Shown in pieces: positions 1 to 7,464 of a stretch of DNA of 32,000 nt (positions are counted from its first letter, which is position 1; each line of letters starts with the position of its first letter). The notes under the pieces are model-generated. The model was given only the letters and a program-made list of their open reading frames with translations. It was not told the origin of the DNA and made no database searches. The position numbers and the translations under genes are program-made. Source of the stretch: Kineococcus radiotolerans SRS30216 = ATCC BAA-149 (GTDB taxonomy: Bacteria > Actinomycetota > Actinomycetes > Actinomycetales > Kineococcaceae); contig NC_009664.2 in NCBI RefSeq assembly GCF_000017305.1, forward strand, positions 780,001 through 812,000, given 5' to 3'.

Positions 1-58
1 CCTAGCCGCTGCCGGGGCCTCCCCCCGACCTCCAGCGGGCGGTGGGACGATCGCCGAC

Positions 59-1165
59 GTGCCCGCACCGCCCCCCGCCCCCCACCGGCCCCCGACCCGC
101 CGCAGCGCCCTGCGCGGCGCGCTCGCGGGCCTGGGGGTCCTCGCCGCGGCGGGGTGCGGCGTGCGCTGGGCCCCCGGCGCCGAGGTCACCCCGACGGCGC
201 AGCGCGGGCCCGACGACGACGCCCGCGAGGCCGCCGTCGCCGACACCCGGGACCTGCTGGGCCTGCTGCTGCCGGCCGCGCGCGGGGCCGCGCCGCTGCA
301 GGCCGTCGCCGCGAGCGCCGTGGCCGTCTGCGAGGCGCACCTGCGGGCCCTGGGCGAGCACGACCTCGAGGTCACCGCGACCGTCACCGAGACCAGCGCC
401 CCGAGCAGCGCCCCGGGCGGCGCCCCCGCCGCGGGCGGCGGGACCTCCCCGGTGGACCCCGCCGCGGTCCTGGACCGGCTGGTCTCCGCGGCGGGCGCGG
501 CGCTGGCGGGCGCGACGGCCACCGCCGCCGCTCCCAGCGGCGGGATGGCGCGCCTGCTGGCCTCCCTCGGCGCCTCCCGCGCGGTGCTGGCCGACGACGT
601 GAGCGCCGCGACCGGGGTCCCGGCCGGGGACGTGCCCCTGCCCGCGCCCGCCGGCGACGTCGACGACCCCCCGGCGGCGGACCCCTCGCGCACGGGCACC
701 GCGGCGCTGCAGGCGGCGCTGGCCGGCGAGCACGCGGCGGTGTTCGCGCTGGCCCTCGTCCAGGGGCGCCTGAGCGGGCCCCGCCGGGACGAGGCGGCCG
801 CGGAGCTCGTCGCCCACCGCGTCGCCCGCGACGACCTCGTCGACCTCCTCGTCGCCCGGGACGCGAACCCGGTGCAGGCCGAGGCGGGCTACGACGTGCA
901 GGCGCCCACGGCCGCGGCCGCGGCCGCCGTGGTCGCCGCGGTGGACGAGGGGCTGGCCCGCGCCCACGCCGACGTCGTCGCCGCGGACGCGACGGCCCGG
1001 GTCCCGGCGGCCCGCGCCCTGCTGCTGAGCGCCCGCGCGGCCCGGCGGTGGGGGTCGACGGTCACCGCGTTCCCCGGGATGCCCGAGCTCGGCGAGGACG
1101 GCACCGCCGCGCCGAGCGCCACGTCCACCGCCGTGGCCACGTCGACGTCTCCCGCCACCCCCTGA
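59..1165 (+). CDS. Ferritin-like DUF4439-type protein, predicted Tat-signal lipoprotein
   Basis: Track ORF 59..1165 with a GTG start. The N-terminus PTRRSALRGALAGLGVLAAAGC has a twin-arginine motif, a hydrophobic stretch and a lipobox-like AAGC. The C-terminal half (ALQAALAGEHAAVFALALVQGRL...ELVAHRVARDDL) matches the pattern I associate with actinobacterial DUF4439/ferritin-like proteins found near proS. The overlapping antisense ORF 2..1642 is an R/G/P-rich artefact. Confidence 0.6.
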   Translation: MPAPPPAPHRPPTRRSALRGALAGLGVLAAAGCGVRWAPGAEVTPTAQRGPDDDAREAAVADTRDLLGLLLPAARGAAPLQAVAASAVAVCEAHLRALGEHDLEVTATVTETSAPSSAPGGAPAAGGGTSPVDPAAVLDRLVSAAGAALAGATATAAAPSGGMARLLASLGASRAVLADDVSAATGVPAGDVPLPAPAGDVDDPPAADPSRTGTAALQAALAGEHAAVFALALVQGRLSGPRRDEAAAELVAHRVARDDLVDLLVARDANPVQAEAGYDVQAPTAAAAAAVVAAVDEGLARAHADVVAADATARVPAARALLLSARAARRWGSTVTAFPGMPELGEDGTAAPSATSTAVATSTSPATP

Positions 1166-1202
1166 GGCGGGACCCCGGGGGTCTTGCGAGACTGCACGGG
1201 AG

Positions 1203-2078
1203 ATGAGCACCCCGACCCCCGCGCCCGGTGCACCGCTGCGCGTGATGACCTGGAACCTCTGGTGGCGCTTCGGCGACTGGCGAGCGCGCCGGGAGGCGAT
1301 CCTCGCGGTGCTCGCGCAGGAACGTCCCGACGTGGTCGGGCTGCAGGAGGTCTGGGCCGACGAAGGGGAGAACCTCGCGCAGTGGCTCGGCGAGCGGCTC
1401 GGGATGCACGTGGCATGGTCGCCCTCCCCCGCCCCGCAGCGCTGGCGGCGCCGGCTCGCGTGGAACGGGGAGGACCCCGCGGTCGTCGACGGCCTGCAGT
1501 TCGGCAACGCCGTCCTCAGCCGCCACCCCCTCCTCGACCAGGAGGTCCGCGAACTGCCCGGGGGCGGGGACGAGGACGAGGGGCGGACGGCCCTGAAGGT
1601 CCTGGTGGACGCCCCCCGCCGCCCGCTGCCGTTCACCACCACGCACCTGAACTCCTCCCCGGCCGAGTCGGCCGTGCGGGTGGAGCAGGTCCGCGCGCTG
1701 GTCCCCTTCGTCGTGGGGGGGCACCGGCGCGGTGAGCACTACCCGCCCGTCCTCACCGGGGACTTCAACGCCGTCGCGGAGTCCGACGAGCTGCGCCTGG
1801 CCGGGGGGTACCTCACCCCCGGACCCGTCCCGGGGGTCGTCCTGGTGGACTCCTGGCGCTTCGCCGCGCCCGACGACCCCGGCTTCACCTGGGACCGGCG
1901 CAACCCGTTCGTGGCGCGGGTGCACCAGCCCAGCGCGCGCATCGACCACGTCCTCGTCGGGCTGCCGCCCTTCACCGGGGAGGGCTCGGTGCGCGACGTG
2001 CGCCTGGTCGCCACCGAACCCGTCGGGGGCGTGTGGGCCAGCGACCACGCGGCCGTCGTGGTGGACCTGGAACCCTGA
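1203..2078 (+). CDS. Endonuclease/exonuclease/phosphatase (EEP) family protein
   Basis: ATG at 1203. LRVMTWNLWW...RPDVVGLQEV at the N-terminus and SDHAAVVVDL at the C-terminus are the first and last conserved EEP-fold blocks. The start could instead be ATG 1245. Confidence 0.8.
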   Translation: MSTPTPAPGAPLRVMTWNLWWRFGDWRARREAILAVLAQERPDVVGLQEVWADEGENLAQWLGERLGMHVAWSPSPAPQRWRRRLAWNGEDPAVVDGLQFGNAVLSRHPLLDQEVRELPGGGDEDEGRTALKVLVDAPRRPLPFTTTHLNSSPAESAVRVEQVRALVPFVVGGHRRGEHYPPVLTGDFNAVAESDELRLAGGYLTPGPVPGVVLVDSWRFAAPDDPGFTWDRRNPFVARVHQPSARIDHVLVGLPPFTGEGSVRDVRLVATEPVGGVWASDHAAVVVDLEP

Positions 2079-2130
2079 GCGGGCCCGCGCCGGCCTCCCC
2101 GGCGTGCACCCGCCCCGGACGGACGCCAGC

Positions 2131-2952
2131 ATGCCGGGCATGAGCAGCGAGGCGGTCCCCCGCGGTGGTTCCCCGGACGTCCTGCGCCAGGCGGTGGTCG
2201 TCACCAGCGCCGTGCTCGGGATCGCCGGGGCCGCGATCGGGTCCGGGGCCCTCGGGGGGACGCCGATCGCCTCCGCCGCGGGCGGGGCGCTCGCCGCCGA
2301 CGCCACGCTGGTGGCCCCGGGCGGGCCGGCGTTCGCGATATGGAGCGTCGTCTACACCGGCCTCGTCGGACTGGCCGTCTGGCAGGCCCTCCCGGCCCAC
2401 CGCGAGGACGCCCGCCAGCGCGCGACGGGGTGGCTGACCGCGGTGTCGCTGGTGCTGAACGCGGTGTGGATCGCCACCGTGCAGGCCGGGCAGGTCGAGC
2501 TGTCGGTGCTCGTCATCGTCGCGCTGCTGGTGGTGCTCGTCGCCGCGTTCGGGCGGCTGCTGCAGCGGGCGCCGTCCTCGCGTGCCGAGGCCGTCCTGGT
2601 GGACGGCACGATCGGGCTGTACCTGGGGTGGGTGTCGATCGCGACGGTGGCGGACGTGGCCGCGGCGTTGCGGCAGAACGGGGTGAGCGCGGGGGAACCG
2701 GCGTGGGCCGTGGGGGTCCTGGGGGTCGCCACGGCGGTGGGGGTGTTCACCGCCGTCCGCGGCCGCGGGCGCCTGGCGTACGGGGCGGGTCTGGCGTGGG
2801 GGCTGGGCTGGGTCGCCGCCGCGCGGGCCGGTGCGGAGCAGAACACCTCGACGACGGTGGCGGTCGCCGCGGGCGTGGCGGCCACGGTGGTCGCGGGGAC
2901 CACCGTGGCCGCGCGGGTCCTCAGCCGCGGACGGCGGTGGCGACGCGGCTGA
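2131..2952 (+). CDS. TspO/MBR-related (tryptophan-rich sensory protein-like) integral membrane protein
   Basis: ATG at 2131 lies in frame within track ORF 1732..2952. There are multiple hydrophobic helices. The motifs [11 protein letters not shown] and [14 protein letters not shown] resemble the TspO signature blocks. The protein is longer than canonical TspO, so the family call is tentative. Confidence 0.55.
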   Translation: MPGMSSEAVPRGGSPDVLRQAVVVTSAVLGIAGAAIGSGALGGTPIASAAGGALAADATLVAPGGPAFAIWSVVYTGLVGLAVWQALPAHREDARQRATGWLTAVSLVLNAVWIATVQAGQVELSVLVIVALLVVLVAAFGRLLQRAPSSRAEAVLVDGTIGLYLGWVSIATVADVAAALRQNGVSAGEPAWAVGVLGVATAVGVFTAVRGRGRLAYGAGLAWGLGWVAAARAGAEQNTSTTVAVAAGVAATVVAGTTVAARVLSRGRRWRRG

Positions 2953-4675
2953 CCGCGTCGTCCAGGGCGACCTGCTCGGAGTCGCCGCTGCGGCGGTCCT
3001 TCAGCTCCACGAGCCCCTCGGCGAGGCCCTTGCCGACGACGAGGATCGTGGGGACCCCGATGAGCTCGGCGTCCTTGAACTTCACGCCCGGCGACACCTT
3101 CGGGCGGTCGTCGTAGAGGACCTCGAGCCCCTGGGCGACCAGTTCCCCGGCGAGGCGCTCGGCGGTGGCGAAGATCTCCGGGTCCTTGCCGGTGGCGACG
3201 ACGTGGACGTCGGCGGGAGCCAGCGCCCGCGGCCACACGAGGCCCTTCTCGTCGTGGTTGCCCTCGGCCACGCAGGCCAGGGCGCGGGTCACGCCCACGC
3301 CGTAGGAGCCCATGGTGACGACGACCTGCTTGCCGTTCTCGTCGAGGACCTTGAGGTCGAGGGCCTGGGCGAAGCGGCGGCCCAGGGCGAAGATGTGCGC
3401 GATCTCGATGCCGCGGGCCAGTTCCAGCGGACCGGAACCGTCGGGGGCGGGGTCGCCGGCCTTGACCTCGGCGGCCTCCACGAACCCGTCGGGGGTGAAG
3501 TCGCGCCCGGCGACGAGGTCGAACACGTGCCGGCCCTCGGCGTCGGCGCCGGTGATCCAGGCGGTGCCGTCGACGACGCGGGGGTCGACGAGGTAGCGGA
3601 TGCCGCTGGCACCCTCCGTCCCCAGGACGCCGGGGCCGATGTAGCCCTTGACCAGGGCCGGGTGCTTGGCGAAGTCGGCGGCCTCGAACGCCTCCACCTC
3701 GGCGGGTGAGACGGCGGCCTCCAGGCGCTTGGGGTCGACCTCGCGGTCCCCGGGGACGCCGACGGCCAGGGGTTCGCGGGTCCCGTCGGGGTGGCGCAGC
3801 ACGACGAAGACGTTCTTCAGCGTGTCCGCGGCCGTCCAGGGGCGGTCGGCGCGGGGGTGCTTCTCGTTCGAGACCGCGACCAGCGTCTCGATCGTGGGGG
3901 TGTCCGGGGTGTCCTCGACGTGCGCGGCGGGCAGCCCGTCGAAGGGGACGGCCGGCGGGGCGAGGGTCGTCACGGCCTCGGCGTTCGCGGCGTAGCCGCC
4001 GGGAGAGCGGACGAAGGTGTCCTCCCCGATCGCCGTGGGGTGCAGGAACTCCTCGCTGCGCGAGCCGCCCATGGCCCCCGACACCGCCGAGACGATGACG
4101 AAGTCGAGGCCGAGGCGCTCGAAGATCCGGACGTAGGCCTGCCGGTGCAGCTCGTAGGACCTCTCCAGGCCCGCGTCGTCGACGTCGAAGCTGTAGGAGT
4201 CCTTCATGGTGAACTCGCGCCCGCGGATGATGCCGGCGCGCGGACGCGCCTCGTCGCGGTACTTCGTCTGGATCTGGTAGATCGACAGCGGCAGGTCCTT
4301 GTACGAGGAGTACAGGTCCTTGACCAGGAGGGTGAACATCTCCTCGTGGGTGGGGGCGAGGAGGTAGTCGGCGCCCTTGCGGTCCTTGAGCTTGAAGATG
4401 CCGTCGCCGTAGTCGCTCCAGCGGTTCGTCGCCTCGTAGGGCTCCCGCGGCAGCAGCGCGGGGAAGTGGACCTCCTGCGCCCCCGCCGCGTCCATCTCCT
4501 CGCGCACGACCTGCTCGACCTTGCGCAGCACCTTCAGGCCCAGCGGCAGCCAGGTGTAGATCCCCGGCGCCGCGCGCCGGACGTAGCCCGCGCGCACCAG
4601 CAGCTTGTGGCTGGCCACCTCGGCCTCGACCGGGTCCTCCCGCAGGGTCCGCAGGAACAGGGTCGACATCCGCAT
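2921..4675 (-). CDS. proS: Proline--tRNA ligase (bacterial type with INS editing domain)
   Basis: This is the C-terminal 584 codons of track ORF 2921..6544, starting [15 protein letters not shown] (ATG 4675, alternative ATG 4669). Class II aaRS motifs are present ([41 protein letters not shown]). The upstream 620 residues of the track ORF are R/P/G-rich read-through across other genes. Confidence 0.95.
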   Translation of the reverse strand: MRMSTLFLRTLREDPVEAEVASHKLLVRAGYVRRAAPGIYTWLPLGLKVLRKVEQVVREEMDAAGAQEVHFPALLPREPYEATNRWSDYGDGIFKLKDRKGADYLLAPTHEEMFTLLVKDLYSSYKDLPLSIYQIQTKYRDEARPRAGIIRGREFTMKDSYSFDVDDAGLERSYELHRQAYVRIFERLGLDFVIVSAVSGAMGGSRSEEFLHPTAIGEDTFVRSPGGYAANAEAVTTLAPPAVPFDGLPAAHVEDTPDTPTIETLVAVSNEKHPRADRPWTAADTLKNVFVVLRHPDGTREPLAVGVPGDREVDPKRLEAAVSPAEVEAFEAADFAKHPALVKGYIGPGVLGTEGASGIRYLVDPRVVDGTAWITGADAEGRHVFDLVAGRDFTPDGFVEAAEVKAGDPAPDGSGPLELARGIEIAHIFALGRRFAQALDLKVLDENGKQVVVTMGSYGVGVTRALACVAEGNHDEKGLVWPRALAPADVHVVATGKDPEIFATAERLAGELVAQGLEVLYDDRPKVSPGVKFKDAELIGVPTILVVGKGLAEGLVELKDRRSGDSEQVALDDAVSRVATAVRG

Positions 4676-4704
4676 CAGCACGGGCCCAGGGTACCGGCGC
4701 GCCC

Positions 4705-5457
4705 TCAGCCCCTCCGGTACGTCTCCGCCCGCCGCAGCGGGAGGTAGTCCACGACCTCCCGCGCGCGGCGCAGGTCGTCGGCGTCGACGTCGACGACGAG
4801 CAGCGCCTCCCCCTCGGCGCCGGCGGCGGCCAGCACCTCCCCGTCCGGCCCCACGACGAGGGACCCGCCGCTGAAGGTCCCGCCGTCGGCGGCGAGGCCG
4901 TGGTGGTTGGCGTAGGCGAGGGCGACGCGGTTCTCGTAGGCGCGCGCCGGCAGCAGGACCCGGGCGACGCTCTCGTCGAGGATCGCGGTGGGGACGACGA
5001 CGACGTCGGCCCCGGCCAGGGCCAGGCCGCGCACGGTCTCGGGGAACTCGACGTCGAAGCAGACGAGGACGCCGACGCGCAGCCCGGCGACCTCCACGAC
5101 CAGCGGGGTCCCGTCGCCGGGGCGGAAGGCCGCGCGCTCGGCGGGCCCGTACAGGTGGGTCTTGACGTAGCGCCCCAGCACGGTGCCGTCGCGGTCGACG
5201 ACGACGGCGGTGATGGCGCCCTCGTGGGGTTCGCTGACGACCAGCGCGAGGCCGCTGCGGCGGGCGAGGTCGGCGACGCGCGGGAGCACCGTCGGGTCGG
5301 GGTGCACCCGTCCGGGGTCGTAGCCGGTGGTGAACAGCTCCGGGGTGACGAGCAGGTCGGCCCCGGCCCGGGCGGCCGCGGCGGCCACCCGCTCCAGGAC
5401 GGCGAGGTTCTGCGCCACGTCGGCGGTGGCGGCCTGCTGGGCGACGGCGATCCTCAC
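4705..5457 (-). CDS. Carbon-nitrogen hydrolase (nitrilase superfamily) omega-amidase, DavA-like; candidate 4-guanidinobutyramide/5-aminopentanamide amidase
   Basis: GTG start at 5457 is preceded by GGAGGG (5464-5469 on the minus strand). The Glu-Lys-Cys triad contexts are TPELF, YVKTHLY and [11 protein letters not shown]. Overall length (250 aa) and block order resemble my recollection of P. putida DavA. Confidence 0.85.
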   Translation of the reverse strand: MRIAVAQQAATADVAQNLAVLERVAAAAARAGADLLVTPELFTTGYDPGRVHPDPTVLPRVADLARRSGLALVVSEPHEGAITAVVVDRDGTVLGRYVKTHLYGPAERAAFRPGDGTPLVVEVAGLRVGVLVCFDVEFPETVRGLALAGADVVVVPTAILDESVARVLLPARAYENRVALAYANHHGLAADGGTFSGGSLVVGPDGEVLAAAGAEGEALLVVDVDADDLRRAREVVDYLPLRRAETYRRG

Positions 5458-5588
5458 CGCGGCCCACCCTCCGCCGCGACGGCCGGCCGCTGCCGCCGGG
5501 AGCGGTGGCGGTCGTGGCCGGGGTGGGCGGGCTCGGTGCGCAGCGGCTGGGTGCGCAGGCCGTGCGGTGTGGCGGTGGGGCGGTCCAC
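5454..5588 (-). CDS. Candidate 44-codon small ORF translationally coupled to the amidase gene (speculative)
   Basis: GTG at 5588 is preceded by GGAGGAG (5593-5599 on the minus strand, 4-nt spacer). 42 of 44 codons end in G/C, against about 74% GC3 in the alternative frame I counted. The stop TGA (5456..5454) overlaps the amidase GTG (5457..5455) as GTGA. The product [44 protein letters not shown] is Arg/Pro/His-rich and I recognise no homology. Confidence 0.3.
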   Translation of the reverse strand: MDRPTATPHGLRTQPLRTEPAHPGHDRHRSRRQRPAVAAEGGPR

Positions 5589-5619
5589 GGGACTCCTCCG
5601 TCCGGTCGGTCGGGTTCGC

Positions 5620-6318
5620 TCAGGCGCCGCGGCGCGGGGGTTCGGAGAGCGCGGGGCTGACGACCCACAGGACCCGGGCCGGGGTCTCGCCGGTGCCGCG
5701 GAAGCTGTGGGCGCGGGCGGGGTCGAAGGTGAGGGCGTCGCCCGCGCGCAGCACGACGGCCTCGGCGGGGCTCCCGGCGGGACCGGCGAAGCGCAGCTCG
5801 ACCTCGCCGGCGAGGACGAGGGCGAACTCCACGTCGGCGTCGAGGGCGTAGGGCTCCGCCCCCGAGCCGCCGCCGGGGTCGAGGTCGCTGACGATGACGG
5901 CCACGCGCCGCTCGCCGGCGGGGGTGAGCAGGGACTCGCGCAGCCCGTGCCCGCCGAAGGTGATGGGCGGGTAGTGCCCGGCGCGGACGACCTCCCCGGC
6001 CGGGGCCGGTTCGAAGAGGCTGCCCACGGCGAGGTCGAGGGTGGCGCAGAGGCGGACGAGGGCGGCGACGGAGGCCGTGGCGCGGTCGCGCTCCAGGCGG
6101 GAGAGGAACCCCTTGGTCAGGCCGCTGGCCTCGGCCACCTCGGCCACCGTGCGGCGCTGGGCGAGGCGGGCGGCGCGCAACCGGGAGCCGATGTGCCCCG
6201 CCCCGTCGGGGTCGCCGGTGCTCCCGGCCCCGCGGGCGTCGTCGGGGGCGTGGACGGCGTCGGGACCGTGGACGCCGTCGGCGCCGTCGGGGTCCGCCCC
6301 CGCCGCTGCTGCCCGCAC
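5620..6318 (-). CDS. XRE-family HTH + cupin domain transcriptional regulator (PuuR-like architecture)
   Basis: HTH: [37 protein letters not shown]-terminal cupin: [20 protein letters not shown] chose the GTG at 6318 as start because AGGAGGA (6323-6329 on the minus strand) lies 4 nt upstream and no ATG/GTG occurs between it and the HTH. The track start ATG 6429 has no SD and would translate the 10-bp repeat array. Confidence 0.8.
   Translation of the reverse strand: MRAAAAGADPDGADGVHGPDAVHAPDDARGAGSTGDPDGAGHIGSRLRAARLAQRRTVAEVAEASGLTKGFLSRLERDRATASVAALVRLCATLDLAVGSLFEPAPAGEVVRAGHYPPITFGGHGLRESLLTPAGERRVAVIVSDLDPGGGSGAEPYALDADVEFALVLAGEVELRFAGPAGSPAEAVVLRAGDALTFDPARAHSFRGTGETPARVLWVVSPALSEPPRRGA
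6241..6294 (-). repeat. In-frame 18-bp x3 imperfect tandem repeat encoding [18 protein letters not shown] in the regulator N-terminal tail
   Basis: The plus strand reads gtcgggggcgtggacggc / gtcgggaccgtggacgcc / gtcggcgccgtcggggtc. Unit boundaries coincide with codon boundaries of the 6318 frame. Confidence 0.6.
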
Positions 6319-6340
6319 CGCGTCCTCCTGCCGTCCCGTC

Positions 6341-6384
6341 GTCCGCCGACGTCCACCGACGTCCACCGACGTCCACCGACGTCG
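6341..6384. repeat. 10-bp direct tandem repeat (gtccRccgac) x4 plus a partial unit in the divergent control region
   Basis: Read directly: gtccgccgac gtccaccgac gtccaccgac gtccaccgac gtcg. The array lies between the regulator start (6318) and the ureohydrolase start (6498). Confidence 0.9.
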
Positions 6385-6436
6385 CCCCCGCGGCGACGTC
6401 GAGGCAGTGTGGCACCGCCGCCACGTCATGGAAACC

Positions 6437-6461
6437 CCCGTGTCCCGCTGGTAAACACGGG
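6437..6461. promoter_or_regulatory. Inverted repeat cccgtgt-N11-acacggg, candidate operator abutting a -35-like TTGACC
   Basis: The 7-bp arms are at 6437-6443 and 6455-6461. The repeat sits in the least GC-rich part of the 179-bp divergent intergenic region and immediately precedes ttgacc (6462-6467). Confidence 0.35.
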
Positions 6462-6491
6462 TTGACCGGCGGGGTGGGACCGGGCCACTGT
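6462..6491 (+). promoter_or_regulatory. Candidate promoter for the ureohydrolase-monooxygenase operon (possibly leaderless)
   Basis: TTGACC lies at 6462-6467, followed by an 18-bp spacer and CACTGT at 6486-6491. The ATG at 6498 begins 6 nt after the -10-like hexamer. The GGAGG at 6492-6496 is only 1 nt from the ATG, which is too close for a normal SD. This is pattern matching only. Confidence 0.25.
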
Positions 6492-6497
6492 GGAGGC

Positions 6498-7463
6498 ATG
6501 TCGTCCCCCAGCACCCCCTCGCCGCAGGGACCGGTCGACGCCACCCGCGTCCCCCGCTACGGCGGCCCCGCGACCTTCGCGCGCCTGCCGCGCCTGGACG
6601 AGGTCTCGCGCGCCGACGTCGCCGTCGTGGGCCTGCCCTTCGACTCCGGCGTCAGCTACCGGCCCGGCGCGCGCTTCGGGCCCGGGCACATCCGCGCCTC
6701 CTCCAAGCTGCTGCGCCCCTACAACCCCGCCCTGGGCGTCTCCCCCTTCGCCGCCCAGCAGGTCGCCGACGCCGGCGACCTCGGCCTGAACCCCTTCGAC
6801 ATCGACGAGGCGCTGCGCGACACCGAGAGCGCGCTGACGCGGCTCACCGAGGACGGCGCCACCGTCATGGCCCTCGGCGGCGACCACACCCTCGCCCTGC
6901 CCGCGCTGCGCGCGCTGGCCAAGCAGCACGGGAAGCTCGCCGTCCTGCACTTCGACGCGCACCTGGACACCTGGGACACCTACTTCGGCGCCCCCTACAC
7001 CCACGGCACCCCCTTCCGCCGCGCCTCCGAGGAGGGTCTGCTGGACCTGGAGCGGTGCCTGCACGTGGGCACCCGCGGCCCCCTCTACAGCGCGCAGGAC
7101 CTCGAGGACGACGCCGTCCTCGGCTTCCAGGTCGTGCGCGCGGACGACTACGAGGTCGACGGCGTGGCGGGCGCGGTGGAACGGGTGCGCCGCCGCCTCG
7201 ACGGCGGGCCCGTCTACGTCTCCGTCGACATCGACGTCCTCGACCCCGCCGCCGCCCCCGGCACGGGCACCCCCGAGGCCGGCGGCCTGACCAGCCGGGA
7301 ACTGCTGGGCACCCTGCGCGGGCTGACCGGCCTCAACGTCGTCGGGGCCGACGTCGTCGAGGTCGCCCCCGCCTACGACCACGCCGAGATCACCGGCATC
7401 GCCGCCGCGCACGTCACCTACGAGCTGCTCTCCGTGCTCGCCACCACCCGGACCGGGAGCTGA
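6498..7463 (+). CDS. Arginase/agmatinase-family ureohydrolase; candidate guanidinobutyrase (agmatinase cannot be excluded)
   Basis: Mn-cluster motifs are present: [13 protein letters not shown] and [19 protein letters not shown]. The ATG at 6498 lies in frame within track ORF 6462..7463. The stop TGA at 7461-7463 is 1 nt before the next gene's ATG. Confidence 0.9.
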   Translation: MSSPSTPSPQGPVDATRVPRYGGPATFARLPRLDEVSRADVAVVGLPFDSGVSYRPGARFGPGHIRASSKLLRPYNPALGVSPFAAQQVADAGDLGLNPFDIDEALRDTESALTRLTEDGATVMALGGDHTLALPALRALAKQHGKLAVLHFDAHLDTWDTYFGAPYTHGTPFRRASEEGLLDLERCLHVGTRGPLYSAQDLEDDAVLGFQVVRADDYEVDGVAGAVERVRRRLDGGPVYVSVDIDVLDPAAAPGTGTPEAGGLTSRELLGTLRGLTGLNVVGADVVEVAPAYDHAEITGIAAAHVTYELLSVLATTRTGS

Positions 7464-7464
7464 G

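Noticed and set aside
5601-5625. gggttcg motif reminiscent of a tRNA T-arm
   Set aside because: There is no acceptor stem, D-arm or anticodon arm around it. It overlaps the regulator stop codon. No intergenic region in the window folds into a cloverleaf by eye.
6319-6429. ATG 6429 as the start of the XRE/cupin regulator (as in the ORF track)
   Set aside because: There is no SD upstream of 6429. That start would translate through the 10-bp (non-triplet) tandem repeat. GTG 6318 has a near-perfect AGGAGGA at the right distance. I kept the 6429 start only as a speculative phase-variation scenario.
2921-6544. 1207-aa minus-strand ORF that would make a giant ProS fusion
   Set aside because: Only the C-terminal 584 residues look like ProS. 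The N-terminal ~620 residues are Arg/Pro/Gly-rich low-complexity sequence. They run out of frame over the amidase and regulator genes (a different frame from both) and across the non-coding 10-bp repeat array. This is typical stop-codon-poor read-through in high-GC DNA.
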